A program made the translations under genes and the position numbers. A DNA stretch of 64,000 nucleotides from Candidatus Dojkabacteria bacterium (GTDB lineage: Bacteria; Patescibacteriota; Dojkabacteria; B142; OLB20), in NCBI GenBank assembly GCA_035444565.1, contig DAOMOX010000003.1, forward strand, positions 31,488 to 95,487, in the 5' to 3' direction. Shown piece after piece: positions 9,742-19,494 of the stretch. Under the pieces are notes generated by a model. It was given only the letters and a program-made list of their open reading frames with translations, searched no databases and was not told the origin of the DNA. The number at the start of each line of letters is the position of its first letter. The first letter of the stretch is position 1.

Positions 9742-11055
9742 ATGTCAAAATTATCCCAAATAGGCTATATTTGTAGCAATTGTGGTTTTGAAACTAGTAG
9801 ATGGCTTGGGCAGTGTCCTCAATGTCTCGAATGGAACAGTTTCGAAGAAAATCTAAACAGTGTTACAGAGACTTTAGTAAAATCCTCGAAGTTAGAAGTA
9901 CTAGAAGCCTCGAAGTTAAAAACGAAGGCTTTAAATCGCCTTAAAACAGGAATCTCTGAATTCGACCGTGTGTTGGGGGGTGGGCTAGTTGACTCTCAAG
10001 TTGTGCTTCTTAGTGGAGAACCTGGCATTGGAAAATCGACAATTTTGTTACAAGTTCTCCAGAGTATTGCGAGTCAGAAAGTCGAATGCCTTTACATTTC
10101 AGCCGAAGAATCTGCCGAACAGGTCGCATTACGATCGAATAGGCTTTTTGATAAAAATGAATTATCCGGTATCAATATCGTCTCCGCAAGTGAAATTGAC
10201 TCAATTATAAATGAAATTGCAAAAAGAAAAATTAGATTTGCTATTTTGGATTCTATTCAGACTGTCTTTTCTACTGATGTTAGGGGATTGCCAGGTGGGA
10301 TGGCGCAAGTAAAAGCTACAGCCTCAAAGATTATTTCTTATGCAAAAGCGAATAACCTAACTTTGGTAATTGTTGGGCAGGTCACAAAAGAAGGGACGGT
10401 CGCGGGTCCTAAGCTTCTGGAGCATTTGGTAGATACAGTAATTGAACTTGAGGGTGATGAGAAAAGAGGATTAAGGGTTATGCGTTGTTTGAAAAACCGC
10501 TATGGTAGCGTAAATGAAGTTGGTCTATTTATGATGGAACAGAAAGGCCTCGTAGAAGTTTCGGACCCTACAAAATTATTTACAACTACTGATGATAACC
10601 AGGAAGTCGAAGGAGTATGTAAAACTGCGATGCTCGAGGGTAATAGGGTGTTAACATTTGAAATTCAAGCGCTTGTGGTCGATTCTGTTTATTCATTACC
10701 AAAAAGGGTAGCCGAGGGAATTGCCAGATCTAGGCTAGAACTTCTAACTGCCATCTTATCTAGACATGGAAGAATAAATCTATCAAACAAAGACATTTAT
10801 GTAAACGTTTCCCAGGGCTTTCGCATTAAGGAACCATCAAGTGATCTGGCGGTTTTGTTAGCAATTTATTCTGCTTCTAAACACATCCCAGTAAATCAGA
10901 AAAGAGTCGCAGTAGGGGAGGTTTCGCTATCGGGAAGTGTTCAGAAACCCCCTAGGTTCAGTATGATTGACAAGGAGATTCAAAGATTAGGCTATCAACT
11001 TTTGTACGATTTCGATAAAAAGCTTCCTCTTTTTAAAGTTTTATCCAAAAAATAG
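9742..11055 (+). CDS. radA: DNA repair protein RadA/Sms
   Basis: N-terminal C4 zinc ribbon (CSNCGFE...CPQC), a RecA-like Walker A (GEPGIGKST), the KNRYG motif, and a C-terminal Lon-like domain. Confidence 0.9.
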   Translation: MSKLSQIGYICSNCGFETSRWLGQCPQCLEWNSFEENLNSVTETLVKSSKLEVLEASKLKTKALNRLKTGISEFDRVLGGGLVDSQVVLLSGEPGIGKSTILLQVLQSIASQKVECLYISAEESAEQVALRSNRLFDKNELSGINIVSASEIDSIINEIAKRKIRFAILDSIQTVFSTDVRGLPGGMAQVKATASKIISYAKANNLTLVIVGQVTKEGTVAGPKLLEHLVDTVIELEGDEKRGLRVMRCLKNRYGSVNEVGLFMMEQKGLVEVSDPTKLFTTTDDNQEVEGVCKTAMLEGNRVLTFEIQALVVDSVYSLPKRVAEGIARSRLELLTAILSRHGRINLSNKDIYVNVSQGFRIKEPSSDLAVLLAIYSASKHIPVNQKRVAVGEVSLSGSVQKPPRFSMIDKEIQRLGYQLLYDFDKKLPLFKVLSKK

Positions 11056-11121
11056 TTAGAAATATTCTGGAAAAACTCTGAAGTTTCTAACGATAGTGCT
11101 TCACAAAAGTTAACTATAGGC

Positions 11122-11150
11122 TTGACGGTATATATATTATGGGATATAAT
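11122..11150 (+). promoter_or_regulatory. Near-consensus sigma70-type promoter (TTGACG, 17 bp, TATAAT)
   Basis: -35 TTGACG at 11122-11127 and -10 TATAAT at 11145-11150, separated by exactly 17 bp. Confidence 0.6.
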
Positions 11151-11156
11151 TTATTA

Positions 11157-11347
11157 GTTCTTTTATAAGGTTATTTGTAGTCAGGTTCCAGGGTCTGGTT
11201 CGCGTACATTATTCTAGAAAATTTTTAGGATAACAAACTGGGCTCTTGGATCTGATTACAATTCGATACTGCTCTAAGTGAATCGATATTGAATGCTAAT
11301 AGGCAATCATTATCGGGGTCGGTTGGGGCAGTACCGATCCCTTTTCT
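11157..11347 (+). ncRNA. Candidate small RNA or leader transcript (~190 nt), bracketed by the promoter above and an intrinsic terminator
   Basis: No ORF here. It ends in the stem GGGGTCGGT-TGGGGCAGT-ACCGATCCC followed by TTTTCT (11315-11347). A second promoter for rho lies downstream, so this transcript may be a separate unit. Confidence 0.3.
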
Positions 11348-11372
11348 AAAATCCCGATGTAATAGTATTTTC

Positions 11373-11401
11373 TTGACATTAGATATCCTTGTTTATATAC
11401 T
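11373..11401 (+). promoter_or_regulatory. Putative rho promoter (TTGACA, 17 bp, TATACT)
   Basis: TTGACA at 11373-11378 and TATACT at 11396-11401. About 140 nt of leader precedes the rho ATG. Confidence 0.45.
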
Positions 11402-11542
11402 TATAGTCAACGTAACCTCAACAAAATAAATATTTGAAATATTGTTTATAAATTATCCAGATTGAGACCAAAACCAGCTACCCTTAAGCTTCTTGTGATT
11501 TGTAACTGATATTTTTATTATTTAATTAGTTAATATTTACCC

Positions 11543-12814
11543 ATGGACAAAATTGCCAAGGCAATGACCTTAAAAGAGTTAGACGAGAAAACTGTAAAAG
11601 AGCTTAGAAAGATAGCTACATCACTATCTATTGTTGATAATGCCGACTACGGAAAAAGTGATTTAATTATCAAAATTTTAGAAGAACAAACAAAAAGAGG
11701 TGGAAACATTTTTGCGGAAGGTGTGTTAGAAATTATCAATACGGGTGGACATGGAGTACTTAGGTCCTTGAAATTAATGCCTGGTGAGAATGACGTATAT
11801 GTATCAGGCTCACAGATTAAGAGATTTAATCTTAGACAAGGAGACTTTATCTCAGGTCAAGCTAGGGCTCCAAAGGAAGGAGAGAGGTACTTGAGCTTGC
11901 TTAGAATCGAAGCAATCAATAACGAAAGTCCAGATAAAGCATTATCTAGACCGACATTTGAGAAAATGATTCCAATCTTCCCGAACGAACAGATTAGACT
12001 TGAAACAAACCAACATACTCTTTCTACTCGAATTATCGATTTGCTTTCACCAATTGGTAAAGGTCAAAGAGGAATGATCGTTGCACCACCTAAAGTTGGT
12101 AAAACGTGGTTGATGAAAGAAATTGCAGACGGTGTAGCAAAAAATCATCCTGATGTGCATCTTATGATTTTGCTTGTTGGTGAGAGACCTGAAGAGGTTA
12201 CTGACATGGAAAGATCAACAAAAGGAGAAGTTATAGCAGCAAACTTTGATGAAGCACCTGAAATGCATACAAGAATTGCAGAAATGGCTGTATCTAGAGC
12301 TAAAAGGCTTGTAGAGCAAGGAAAGGATGTAATGATCCTTATGGATAGTATTACTAGGTTGGCTAGGGCATACAACATCACAGCACCTCCTTCAGGACGT
12401 ACATTGTCTGGAGGTTTTGATCCAGTTGCAATTTTTCCACCTAAGAAATTCTTTGGTGCTGCGAGAAATTTTGAAGTTGGAGGTAGTTTAACAATTATTG
12501 CAACCGCATTGGTAGAAACAGGAAGTAGAATGGATGAAGTTATTTTCGAGGAATTTAAAGGTACTGGAAATATGGAATTGAAATTAGATAGAAAACTAGC
12601 GCAGAGTAGGATTTATCCTGCTATTGATGTTAAGGCATCTAGTACTAGAAATGAAGATCTTTTACTTTCGACTGATGTTTTGAACTCAAGTTGGAGAGTA
12701 AGAAGGATGTTAGATGTTTTAGGTGATAAAGAATCAGCTAGTCTTCTAATGGAAAGACTTAAAAAAACAAAATCCAATAGCGAATTTCTTGCAACTTTAC
12801 ATGAAGAACTTTAA
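11543..12814 (+). CDS. rho: Transcription termination factor Rho
   Basis: N-terminal LKELDEKTVKELRKIA, the RNA-binding OB region, Walker A GQRGMIVAPPKVGKT, and the conserved FDEAPEMHTRIAEMA / TGS R-loop region. Confidence 0.9.
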   Translation: MDKIAKAMTLKELDEKTVKELRKIATSLSIVDNADYGKSDLIIKILEEQTKRGGNIFAEGVLEIINTGGHGVLRSLKLMPGENDVYVSGSQIKRFNLRQGDFISGQARAPKEGERYLSLLRIEAINNESPDKALSRPTFEKMIPIFPNEQIRLETNQHTLSTRIIDLLSPIGKGQRGMIVAPPKVGKTWLMKEIADGVAKNHPDVHLMILLVGERPEEVTDMERSTKGEVIAANFDEAPEMHTRIAEMAVSRAKRLVEQGKDVMILMDSITRLARAYNITAPPSGRTLSGGFDPVAIFPPKKFFGAARNFEVGGSLTIIATALVETGSRMDEVIFEEFKGTGNMELKLDRKLAQSRIYPAIDVKASSTRNEDLLLSTDVLNSSWRVRRMLDVLGDKESASLLMERLKKTKSNSEFLATLHEEL

Positions 12815-12855
12815 ATAGTGTAGAATGTTAGAGGATTATCACTTAAATCATTAAA

Positions 12856-14046
12856 ATGACGAATTCAAATTTGAGTTCCGACACATTAAAAGTTTCCAAT
12901 ATCAGGCCTAACTTCTTTAGACATTTGTTTGGTTATTTTAGAACTCGTACAAGACAATTAGTTTTCTTTAGCTATGTCTTCATAATCTATCTGATTGATC
13001 TTGTTTTGGACTTGAAAACATGGTCAATACGTAGAATGTTCTGGGGTAGGAGTTCTTTCTATAGAACAAGTTTCCACTTAACAATCTCTGTTATTACTAT
13101 CGTAGCGCTTATATCTGGAGTATCATCTAGATTAAATATCATTTCAGCTAACGATACTCAGGGTTTAGATTTAACTTCAGGTGTTATTGGAAGGCAAGAT
13201 ATTTTTTCTCAATCAGGTACTGCAGAATCAATTTCTTCTGTATCCGAAGACGAGGTTGATTACAGAATCTTTCGACACAAAGTTCAAGAAGGTGAAACTC
13301 TTTCCCAGATTTCCGAACTTTATGGGATTAGTTCGAACTCCATCCGATGGGCAAACCAACTTACCAGTGATAGCATCAAGGTGGGCCAAGTTGTCCGAAT
13401 TCCAGAAATTGATGGTGCTTTTGTGAAAGTAAAAGCGGGAGATACATTAGAAAGCATTGCTGCTAAGAATAGCGGTAACGTTGCAGACATTTTAGATCTT
13501 AATAGCAACATAATCGATTATCGTAATCCCGTATTAACTGAAGGAATGGAAATATTTATTCCTGGAGGAGAAATTCCATTGCCAACACCTACAAAAAGAC
13601 CGTATGTTTATGCTTATCAACCTCGTGTCAATCCAGCACCTCCAGCAACAACGGTGAACATCCCTAGTGGAAGTTTCGTTCACCCATTATTAAATTGTGG
13701 TGGTTGGAGTTGGAGTAGAGGGTATTCTTCATGGCATAGAGGTGCTGATATGGCTAAGAATGGTGGATGCTGGATAAATGCAGCTGCAAGCGGTACGGTC
13801 ATTAGAGCCCAATGGGGAAGTGGTGGAGAAGGTAATCACGTTGTTATTGATCATGGTAATGGAATTTGGACTAGATACTACCACGGAACGAATAATTACG
13901 CCGTAAGAGTTGGTGATAGAGTTTCCGCTGGACAGAGTATTCTATACATGGGAAATACAGGGTATAGTTTCGGTACTCATCTCCATTTCGAGATAGTCGT
14001 AAACGGCGTAAGAGTAAATCCAGAGTCTTATCTAAGGCTCAGATAA
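12856..14046 (+). CDS. Cell-wall hydrolase with two LysM domains and a C-terminal M23 (LytM) peptidase domain; N-terminal TM anchor
   Basis: LysM-like segments (GETLSQISELYGISSNSIRWANQL and AGDTLESIAAKNSGNVADILDLN) and M23 motifs (HRGADM, HVVIDHGNGIWTRYYH, GNTGYSFGTHLHFEI). Confidence 0.8.
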   Translation: MTNSNLSSDTLKVSNIRPNFFRHLFGYFRTRTRQLVFFSYVFIIYLIDLVLDLKTWSIRRMFWGRSSFYRTSFHLTISVITIVALISGVSSRLNIISANDTQGLDLTSGVIGRQDIFSQSGTAESISSVSEDEVDYRIFRHKVQEGETLSQISELYGISSNSIRWANQLTSDSIKVGQVVRIPEIDGAFVKVKAGDTLESIAAKNSGNVADILDLNSNIIDYRNPVLTEGMEIFIPGGEIPLPTPTKRPYVYAYQPRVNPAPPATTVNIPSGSFVHPLLNCGGWSWSRGYSSWHRGADMAKNGGCWINAAASGTVIRAQWGSGGEGNHVVIDHGNGIWTRYYHGTNNYAVRVGDRVSAGQSILYMGNTGYSFGTHLHFEIVVNGVRVNPESYLRLR

Positions 14047-14068
14047 ATGTTATAATCACCTTGAATTT

Positions 14069-14142
14069 GGGCCTGTAGCTCAATTGGTTAGAGCGTTGCT
14101 ATGGCATAGCAAAGGTTGTCGGTTCGATTCCGATCAGGTCCA
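14069..14142 (+). tRNA. tRNA-Ala (anticodon GGC), no encoded CCA
   Basis: Cloverleaf drawn by hand: acceptor GGGCCTG/CAGGTCC with the G3:U70 alanine identity pair, anticodon stem TTGCT/AGCAA, loop ATGGCAT. Confidence 0.85.
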
Positions 14143-14286
14143 TTGCGTGATAAATTTGCTAAACAAATTTAAGCGCAATGAATTGGCAATCGGTCCCCAT
14201 TGTATCCTCTAAAGAGTTCTAAATAAAAGATATTAATTATTTCGCTTATTAACTAGTGATTTTCAATTAATTATTCAACAATTATT

Positions 14287-14883
14287 ATGGCTAAGGAAAT
14301 AGAAGCAAAATTTCTTAACATAGATAAGACAGAAGTAATATCCAAACTTGAGGCTATAGGTGCTGTAAAAATTCACGATGAAATATTATTAAGGCGATGT
14401 GCCTATAATCTTCCGAATCATATAAAAAATTCATGGGTTAGGATTAGAGATGAGGGAAACAAAGTGACTATGTCTTTTAAGCGAGTAAAAGAGAATTCAA
14501 TTCATGGAATGGAGGAGATTGAAATAATAATCAACGACTTTGAACAAGGGCGTAATTTCTTAAAGGCTATCGGACTTAGAGAGAAGGCATATCAGGAGAC
14601 ATTGAGGATTCGATATGCCATTCCTACTGATAATGTAGAGTTTGACATAGATACTTGGCCAGCCTTGAATCCGTTTATTGAGATTGAGTCGATTGATGAA
14701 TCTACTGTGAAAGGTTATGCGAAGGCTTTGGGATTCAGCTGGGGTGAAAGGATTTTTGGAAGTGTCGATACAGTCTATGTTTCGGAATATAAAATTACAA
14801 AGAACTGGATAATAAATTTATGCCCGACATTAACTTTTAAGGAATTTCCTCCGCAATTATTACCAGATAATAAACGGGATTAA
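14287..14883 (+). CDS. CYTH-domain protein (CyaB / thiamine-triphosphatase fold)
   Basis: N-terminal EIEAKFL matches the CYTH signature EIERKFL. Acidic residues are spaced as in the CYTH barrel. Confidence 0.55.
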   Translation: MAKEIEAKFLNIDKTEVISKLEAIGAVKIHDEILLRRCAYNLPNHIKNSWVRIRDEGNKVTMSFKRVKENSIHGMEEIEIIINDFEQGRNFLKAIGLREKAYQETLRIRYAIPTDNVEFDIDTWPALNPFIEIESIDESTVKGYAKALGFSWGERIFGSVDTVYVSEYKITKNWIINLCPTLTFKEFPPQLLPDNKRD

Positions 14884-14907
14884 AATACTCAGGGTCTATA
14901 AAAGTAA

Positions 14908-14936
14908 CCCACCCTCACGAGAGGGTGGGATTCTAA
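14908..14936 (+). terminator. Rho-independent terminator after the CYTH gene
   Basis: CCCACCCTC-ACGA-GAGGGTGGG followed by ATTCT. Confidence 0.6.
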
Positions 14937-15460
14937 TAGTTACAAGTGCAAGCTTGTTTAATTAGATATGAGGTAAACGGATAAATATGTTAACCGTTTA
15001 AGTAGAGGAGTGAGGAGGATTAAGATTAAAAAATTAATTAACATTTGAAATAGTTAAAAGTGCAAAAAATTAACTTAATAAATCTTTGCAGATACAAAAA
15101 TTTCTGTCAATAAGAAAATTGAAAAATGTAGAAATATTTTATACAGTCTTGATGCTAAACTTGATACAAGATTTTCAAGTCGCCTGGAAGACTGCTAGTA
15201 TTAGGGATAAAGAGGGTGTGGTCTTTGCGGGAATATGCGGGAATAATTTTGTTTGTTAAAGAATAAAATTCTGGCTTTGTATCAAAATATTTCCAATGAT
15301 TGAAATTAGAATTTAATTATTTCTGAACTACACCATTAACACCTCTGGTCATAGTAGTACATTTTGGTTATAAATTTTAACTAACTAATACCAATTAGGT
15401 GTGAATTTTGGTATACTTTTTATCTGTGAAACGTTTGAATCGTAACATTTATATTACTTT

Positions 15461-18025
15461 GTGGGCAACATGCGAAATTATAACCATTTAGAACTTGAGG
15501 AGAAGTGGCAGAAGTATTGGCATGAGAATAAGGTGAATAAAATTGACCTAGATGCTTCTAAAAAGCCATTTTATAATTTAATGATGTTTCCATACCCATC
15601 TGCGGAGGGGTTACATATTGGATCTGTCTATACCTTTACTGGGATCGATGTTTATGGTCGATTTAAGGCCATGAGGGGATTTGACGTTTTCGAACCCTTT
15701 GGGCTCGATGGGTTTGGGATTCATAGCGAAAATTACGCATTAAAAATTGGTGAAAATATACGAAAAGTCTCTGCTAGAACAGAAAAACATTACTATGATC
15801 AAATGCTTAGAACAGGTAACATGATTGACTGGGACAGGAAGTTGGAAACCTATGATCCGAATTATTACAAATGGACACAGTGGTTATTCATTCAATTGTT
15901 TAAAGCAGGTCTTGCTTATAGGAAAGAATCGGATGTTAATTGGTGTCCTAGTTGTAAGACAGTTCTATCTGATGAACAAGTGATAGACGGTCATTGTGAA
16001 AGATGTAACACCGAGGTTGTTAAAAAATCAATGAATCAATGGTTTTTCAGGATTACAGATTATGCACCAAGATTATTAAAGAATCTAGATAATATAGATT
16101 GGGTTGATGATGTGAAAACAGGCCAGAGGAATTGGATTGGGAAGAAGTCTGGAATTGAGATTGATTATCCATTATTGGATAAGAGCGGAAAACAAACAGA
16201 GAAAATGCTTACTGTTTTTACTACCAGACCAGACACTAATTTCGGTGCAACTTTTGTGGTTGTATCTCCGGAACATCCGATTTTAGAGGAGATTGTCACT
16301 TCCGAGAATAAAGATGCAGTGGATAAATATGTTAATAATGCTAGAAGTAAAAGTGATTTAGAACGAACAGATTTGGCAAAAGAAAAATCAGGGGTATTTA
16401 CTGGATCATATTGTTATTCGAGGCTTACCAAGAAGAAGTTGCCAATCTGGGTTGCCGATTTTGTACTGATGAACTTTGGTACGGGCGCAGTTGTGGGTGT
16501 ACCAGGACATGACAAAAAAGACTTTGAATTTGCACAAAAATACGGATTGGATATCATACGTGTCGTAACAACGGATGGGGATGAATTGGAGATTAAACTT
16601 ATCGATCAAGTTCAAGAAGAATCTGGAGTTATGATAAATTCCGACTTTTTAAATGGCTTAGAGATTATGGAAGCTAAAGAAAAAATCATGGATGAATTAG
16701 AAAAGAGAAAAGAGGGCAGAAGAACCACAACTTACAGACTACGCGATTGGTGCGTATCTAGGCAGAGATACTGGGGTCCACCTATTCCTATGATTTATTG
16801 TAAGTCTTGTAAAAATAACCAAGAAGGATATTATAAAGAGGAAATGCCGGGTTGGTGGCCAGATGAAAATTTGCCAATTATGCTTCCTGAGATTAAAGAT
16901 CAAAAAGAGACCATACCAGATGATAGTGGTAAAGGAGCGTTGGCAAGATTAAGTCATTTTTACGAAACTGATTGTCCTCATTGTGGTAAGAAGGCAAAGA
17001 GAGAAACAGATGTATCAGATTCATTTGTAGATTCTTCTTGGTATTTCTTGAGATACCCATTTACTGAGTATTCTGAAATCCCATTTGGTGGAAATTTCAT
17101 TAGTGAAAAATCACAATTTAATCCCAAAATTAGCAATCTTGAGCAGGACAAGGCAGTTAAACGTATGAAAAAATGGGGTCCTGTCACTAGTTATATCGGA
17201 GGAAAAGAACATACTGTACTTCACCTATTATATGCGAGATTTATTACTATGGCTTTCTGTGATTTGGGTTATCTCGATTTCGAAGAACCTTTTACTAGAT
17301 TTTATGGACATGGATTAATAACCAAAGATGGAGCCAAAATGAGTAAATCGAAAGGTAACGTTATCAATCCAGATGAGTATTTCGATAAATACGGTGCGGA
17401 TGCGGTTAGGATGTATTTGAGATTTATGGGTCCTTTTGATCAGGGAGGAGATTGGAGTGATACGGGAATGAAAGGGATGTTTAGGTTTATCCATAAATTA
17501 TTTAAAATTTATCAAGATTATCTAGATTCGACTGATAATACAAATGAGCCTTTAAATATCGCAGTCTTAGATAAAACTATTATGAAGGTTACGGAGGACT
17601 TGGAAAATCTTAAGTTCAACACTGCAATCGCAGAATTTATGAAATTAGTAAATTGGTATGTTGATCATGAGGATAAACTAACAAAGAGTCAGAAAAAAGA
17701 AATCCTTGAAACATTACTATTGATGCTTTCACCATTCATTCCACATCTTGCTGAAGAACTGTGGGAGCAAATGGGCAATAAACCAAGTATTCATAAGCAA
17801 GAATGGCCATCGTTCAATAAGGATAACCTCAAAGATGATTTGATTACCATAGCAGTTCAGATTGATGGGAAGACTAGGGGAACGATACAAATAAATCCAG
17901 AAATAAAAGAGTCTGAAATAATGGAAAATTTGTTAAAAGATGAATCATTTAACAAATATATCACAAGTAAACAGCCTAGAAAGTTTATTTATGTAAGAAA
18001 TAAAATAGTTAGTTTGGTAAATTAA
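15461..18025 (+). CDS. leuS: Leucyl-tRNA synthetase
   Basis: N-terminal MFPYPS...LH(I)G, the CP1 editing-domain block TTRPDT...GAT.VVV.PEH, the C...C zinc motifs, and KMSKSKGNV. The HIGH motif reads HIGS (see findings). Confidence 0.85.
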   Translation: MGNMRNYNHLELEEKWQKYWHENKVNKIDLDASKKPFYNLMMFPYPSAEGLHIGSVYTFTGIDVYGRFKAMRGFDVFEPFGLDGFGIHSENYALKIGENIRKVSARTEKHYYDQMLRTGNMIDWDRKLETYDPNYYKWTQWLFIQLFKAGLAYRKESDVNWCPSCKTVLSDEQVIDGHCERCNTEVVKKSMNQWFFRITDYAPRLLKNLDNIDWVDDVKTGQRNWIGKKSGIEIDYPLLDKSGKQTEKMLTVFTTRPDTNFGATFVVVSPEHPILEEIVTSENKDAVDKYVNNARSKSDLERTDLAKEKSGVFTGSYCYSRLTKKKLPIWVADFVLMNFGTGAVVGVPGHDKKDFEFAQKYGLDIIRVVTTDGDELEIKLIDQVQEESGVMINSDFLNGLEIMEAKEKIMDELEKRKEGRRTTTYRLRDWCVSRQRYWGPPIPMIYCKSCKNNQEGYYKEEMPGWWPDENLPIMLPEIKDQKETIPDDSGKGALARLSHFYETDCPHCGKKAKRETDVSDSFVDSSWYFLRYPFTEYSEIPFGGNFISEKSQFNPKISNLEQDKAVKRMKKWGPVTSYIGGKEHTVLHLLYARFITMAFCDLGYLDFEEPFTRFYGHGLITKDGAKMSKSKGNVINPDEYFDKYGADAVRMYLRFMGPFDQGGDWSDTGMKGMFRFIHKLFKIYQDYLDSTDNTNEPLNIAVLDKTIMKVTEDLENLKFNTAIAEFMKLVNWYVDHEDKLTKSQKKEILETLLLMLSPFIPHLAEELWEQMGNKPSIHKQEWPSFNKDNLKDDLITIAVQIDGKTRGTIQINPEIKESEIMENLLKDESFNKYITSKQPRKFIYVRNKIVSLVN

Positions 18026-18051
18026 TAATATATTAGTATTCTATTATAACA

Positions 18052-18837
18052 ATGCCTGGAAGTGATAAAAAAGACATCTTATATATTATATTAACGGTTG
18101 TATTATTTATCGTAATCGGCCTATATCTTGCCTTTACGCAGGGTCAATCCCTTAGCAATGTAGTCCTTATTCCGTTTCGTACAAATAATATTACTCCCAC
18201 CCAAGAAGAAAAATCCGAACAAAAAAATGACGACTCAGAGGATGGCGATGTAGACTATTTTGCTGTTATTGAAACGAATTTAGGAGTACTGGAGGTTGAT
18301 TTACTGGAGGACAATGCTCCTAATTCTGTAGAAAACTTTGTTTATCTCTCGGAGAGTAAATATTACGATGGGACAACATTTCACAGATACGTGCCAGGTT
18401 TTATCCTTCAAGGTGGAAGTAGGAACACTTTGACTCCAGATAAAGGCGATGATAAATTTGGAAATCCTGGTTACACAATCAATGATGAGATTAATTGGGA
18501 CAGTCTAGAACTTACCGATAATCAAAGAACAGAGCTTGAGAAAGAAGGTTATAAGAGTAATCAGGATGTCGAAAGTGTTAAGATTGATAAGTACACTCTT
18601 GTATGGGCTAGTTCGGAAGCGGATTCAAATGGTAGTCAGTTTTTTATCATACTTGGTGATCGAGAAGATGAAAAAGTTCTGAAATTAGACGGTAGACATA
18701 CGGTTTTTGGAAAAGTCACAAAAGGTCAGGATTTGATTGATGAAATTTCGAAGATGAATGTTGATCTGAGTATTCTCGAAGAACCCCGACCTGCAAAAGA
18801 AATCAAAATTAACTCCATTAAAATAGAAAAAAGATAA
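18052..18837 (+). CDS. Membrane-anchored cyclophilin-type peptidyl-prolyl cis-trans isomerase
   Basis: N-terminal TM helix followed by FHRYVPGFILQGG and GQFFIILGD (compare FHRVI.GFMIQGG and SQFFI of cyclophilins). Confidence 0.8.
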   Translation: MPGSDKKDILYIILTVVLFIVIGLYLAFTQGQSLSNVVLIPFRTNNITPTQEEKSEQKNDDSEDGDVDYFAVIETNLGVLEVDLLEDNAPNSVENFVYLSESKYYDGTTFHRYVPGFILQGGSRNTLTPDKGDDKFGNPGYTINDEINWDSLELTDNQRTELEKEGYKSNQDVESVKIDKYTLVWASSEADSNGSQFFIILGDREDEKVLKLDGRHTVFGKVTKGQDLIDEISKMNVDLSILEEPRPAKEIKINSIKIEKR

Positions 18838-18877
18838 TTCCTCATAATTTTTCCAGGAACAGATATTAAAATCTGTT

Positions 18878-19480
18878 ATGGAAATAAAAAATCTTTCAAA
18901 AAAACAAAGAATCATACTGATAGCAATCAGTCTACCTATATTAATTTCTGGATTTTATTTACTTAGTGGTAAAGAGAAGAGTTTAAAACTTCCTATAGAT
19001 GATAAAGGCACATCGATTCAAAACGATAATGATGATTTTTCAGAAGAAAAGTTTCAATACGTCGAAATAACAGGGCAAGTAGCAAGTCCTGGAGTATATC
19101 AAACCACAAAAAGATTGATGGTTATTGAGTTAATACAATTAGCGGGAGGTCTCACAGATTTCGCAGACTTAGAAACAGTTCATAAAGATATTTCACTCTC
19201 AAGTATTGTCGAAGATAGGCAGAAAATCTATATCCCTGCATTACCAGAATTCAAGAATGGATCTCCGAGTTCTGTTGGAATAATTGGTGGCGAAAATGGA
19301 GAAAAGATAAACATTAACACGGCCACACTAGATCAACTTGATGCCTTGCCAGATATTGGGCCTGCAACAGCAAATAAAATCATTGCAGCCAGACCTTATA
19401 AAACCATTGAAGATTTGAAAAATATTGAAGGAATTGGGGACAAAACTTATAACAATTTGATATCACTAATTACTTTATAA
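18878..19480 (+). CDS. comEA: Competence protein ComEA (SLBB plus tandem helix-hairpin-helix)
   Basis: TM anchor, then INTATLDQLDALPDIGPATANKIIAARPY...IEGIGDKTYNNL, a typical ComEA HhH DNA-binding tail. Confidence 0.8.
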   Translation: MEIKNLSKKQRIILIAISLPILISGFYLLSGKEKSLKLPIDDKGTSIQNDNDDFSEEKFQYVEITGQVASPGVYQTTKRLMVIELIQLAGGLTDFADLETVHKDISLSSIVEDRQKIYIPALPEFKNGSPSSVGIIGGENGEKININTATLDQLDALPDIGPATANKIIAARPYKTIEDLKNIEGIGDKTYNNLISLITL

Positions 19481-19494
19481 TCGCTGTAAGTAAA

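Noticed and set aside
11055-11091. Inverted repeat GTTAGAAA...TTTCTAAC right after radA as a terminator
   Set aside because: The stem is 8 bp, but the loop is 21 nt and there is no U-tract. It is too weak to call.
14937-15460. Possible T-box riboswitch in the 520-nt leader upstream of leuS
   Set aside because: I looked for the T-box core AGGGTGGNACCGCG. Only a poor match, AGGGTGTGGTCTTTGCGGG at about 15205, is present, and no specifier or antiterminator arrangement could be drawn by hand. I treat it as an AT-rich promoter region. An Rfam RF00230 scan would settle it.
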